Source of the DNA: Roseibacillus sp.
Lineage (GTDB): Bacteria; Verrucomicrobiota; Verrucomicrobiia; Verrucomicrobiales; Akkermansiaceae
NCBI GenBank assembly: GCA_965242925.1
Contig: CBDEUM010000029.1
Span: 128,001 to 192,000 of the forward strand
Reading direction: 5' to 3'
Length of the DNA: 64,000 nt
Position numbers and translations under genes: made by a program. This document shows positions 60,971 through 64,000 of this stretch, piece by piece. Under the pieces are notes generated by a model, which saw only the letters and a program-made list of their open reading frames with translations, ran no database searches and had not been told where the DNA came from. The first letter of the stretch is position 1; each line of letters begins with the position of its first letter.

Positions 60971-63221
60971 TTAATACACCCACGGCCCGCGCCTGCTTGA
61001 TGAGGAGGCGCCCGGTTTCGGTGATCTTGAATTCGACCTCCATGGCCCAGGTGGACGTGTTCCCCGGGTTGTACTTGGAGCGGAAGTGGCTGTGGACAAG
61101 GTTCATCTTGGCCTTGAGGTCGAGGGCCTGATTGCGGGTCAGAACGGTCTCTCCCTCCGGGAGCTGGTTTGAAAAGCGGATGTACTGAATCTCGTCGGAG
61201 GATCCCGCCAGGCGGGCGATGAGGTATTCTTCCGGGATGGATCCGGCCTCCGGATTGGTGACCAGGTTTTCGCCGATCTGCACATTGACGTAGTGTCCTT
61301 CCCAGCGGGGGTCGAAGATGTTGGTGGTGACGCCCACGCCGTTGGCCTGCTCATTCTCGTAGTTGGGATGGACGAGCACACCCATCGCAGCGGAAAAGTG
61401 GGCGATGCGCCAGAAGTCGCGCTCTTCGAAGGCACGGTAGTTCCACAGACTGGCCCAGACCTGTTTGACGGTCTTCTCGAAAGGGCCCTCATCAAGACCG
61501 TGGGTGAAAGAGCTGTAGAGACCGGCCCCGTTGAAGCCCTCGAGGTCTTCATTGTTGGTGCTGGAGCGTGCCCGCAGGGTCGTGCCCGGCCCCAAGCTGT
61601 TCCGCAGGCTGGTAATGGCCTCCGACATCCAGGCCGGAAGCGGAGCGTCCTCGATGTCGTCGCGGAATTTTTCGAGCAGGGCGGACCGGAAGAGAGGAGA
61701 GTTCTGGAAGAGCGACTGGTCCATCATGGTCTGGGCCTCGTCGTAGAGGCCGTTGAACTTCATGAACTCGTCGTAGAAGTAAAACGGGATGGCGAAGCCG
61801 TTCGGGGCATTCCGTGGCAGAATCCGGCGCAGTTCGGCCACGTTGGCAGCCTTGGCACCGAAGGCGTCGGAATCGTTGAACTGGACCTGGGAGAGGGACC
61901 GGATTGCGGTGATGCTGAGATCACGTTGCGGGATCTGGGGGTTCTCGGGGCGGATTGCCTCGAACCAGTCATCCACCTCCGCATCGGTGGCGGCCCGGAT
62001 TTCAAAGCCGTCCGCGGTGACCTTGTAGTAGATGTTCTGATCGAGAAAGGGTGCGATCTCGGGGTGGGTGGAGGCATCCTTGATGAAGGCATTCGGGGTG
62101 TTGTTCTGCTTGGCCTTGAGGTTGATGTGGGAGAGGGGCGTTTGCGGGATCTCGGTAATGATGCCCGCCACATGAGTGAGATCGTTCGGGATGTTGCGGA
62201 AGATCACGATATCGCGCACAGAGAGCGTTTCCGTACCGTTGACCACGCGGAGCCGTCCATAGCCCTCGCCCGGGTTGAGTCCGGTGTAGACCACATTGGC
62301 GTAGAGGTCTTCGGTCTGAACCACGTTGATATAGGAGTTGTCGTAGTCCTCCTTCTCGTCGTTGTGCCAGCGACGCTGTGTTTCGCTGGCGGGGTGGTAG
62401 GCGATATTTCCGTCCACGAAGGGCATGGCGGCTGCGATCAGCTCGTAGCCCTTTTCCACGAATCTGAAGGCAACCGGATCGGTGGGCCAGAACTCGACGG
62501 TGTAGAGCCCTTCTCGTCCCTTGTCGTCTACGTAGTTGTCGTGCGCGATGAGGCTTCCGGCCAGATTCTTGCGGCGGGTATTGTCGAAGTATGTTTCGTT
62601 GTTGAAGAGACCGAGGTCGTTGTAGCGGTTCACGACCTGGCTGGTGAAGTCGAAGTGGTACTGGTAACGATTGCTGTTGGCGAAGTAGAGGACCGGGGTG
62701 CTGGTATGAACATCGTAGACGAGAAACTTGATTTCGCGTACGGATTGCGCTCCCGGCCGGTCGTCCCGGGCCGACAGTTGCTCGAAGTGGGTCCGGTTTA
62801 CCACCATGATGGCGCCTTGGGCCCGCTCGACCGGTGGGGCTGGATTGAGGGGATTGTAGTAGCCCGGTCGAGCCAGCTCGAGCCAGTCGGAGAACCCGTC
62901 GCGGTCGGAGTCCCGGGCCGTTGCCGAAGTGAGATGAGTGACCTGATAGTATCCCTGGTCCTTGGGGCGGGAAGAATCCGCGATAGTGGTGGGATTGGAG
63001 CTGCCCCTCACCATGGCCACGGGGCGGCCGCGGGTCAGCTGCGACAGAGTGCGGGCTCGCCGCAGGATATGATACATTCCAGATTCAGATTTCAGCTCGA
63101 AAGCGATCTTGCCTCCGGGAGAGTGTCCCACGGAGTTGATGGCAGGTTCGGCCCCGGGAAGGGTGGCCGTGGTCACGCCATAGAGAAGGACCAGCAGGGA
63201 TCGTTGGGGGGAAGGGGGCAT
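60971..63221 (-). CDS. Secreted PEP/pyruvate-binding (dikinase) domain protein with phospho-His domain
   Basis: GIITEIPQTPLSH, FGAKAAN, GFAIPF, RSSTNNEDLEGFNGAGLY, MEVEFK; removing one base near 60987 gives KQARPWVY-stop. Confidence 0.85.
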
Positions 63222-63300
63222 GAACGGAAATGGGGACACAGAAAAAACCATAGGCCAATTCGGAAAGGAGACTAGCGGGAAGTTGTTTCCAGCGGTCCCT

Positions 63301-64000
<700 letters not shown>

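Noticed and set aside
61293..63275. 660-aa plus-strand ORF and similar long ORFs (7036..8451, 13307..14725, 30076..31470)
   Set aside because: Antisense shadows of well-supported genes, expected at high GC; no family motifs

Overview
GC-rich bacterial chromosomal segment with PVC-superphylum gene content, most like Verrucomicrobiales (inferred from gene families only). It holds four Tat-exported DUF1501 genes paired with DUF1549/DUF1553 heme-motif proteins, a DUF1592-family/DUF1552 pair, two sulfatases, several secreted esterases and hydrolases, rnpB, galU, a blaI/blaR1-like pair, an Aas-like MFS-acyltransferase and a partial monomeric isocitrate dehydrogenase. I found no mobile element, tRNA, rRNA or CRISPR array. 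Eight single-base frameshifts near the two window ends look like long-read errors. Best leads: (1) a signal-peptide-bearing dikinase with glucan,water-dikinase-like domain order; (2) a basic protein joining H1-like repeats, an HTH and seven tandem AT-hook-like GRP motifs; (3) a plant-type glucuronokinase homolog next to galU; (4) a sensor-less BlaR1 sharing a C-terminal RxxA(N/S)PF motif with a divergent lipoprotein, with three operator-like boxes between them; (5) an ECF-like sigma factor with a possibly duplicated region 2; (6) a candidate ~100-nt sRNA; (7) a YchF homolog without a P-loop. Family calls come from motif recognition by eye; no searches were run.
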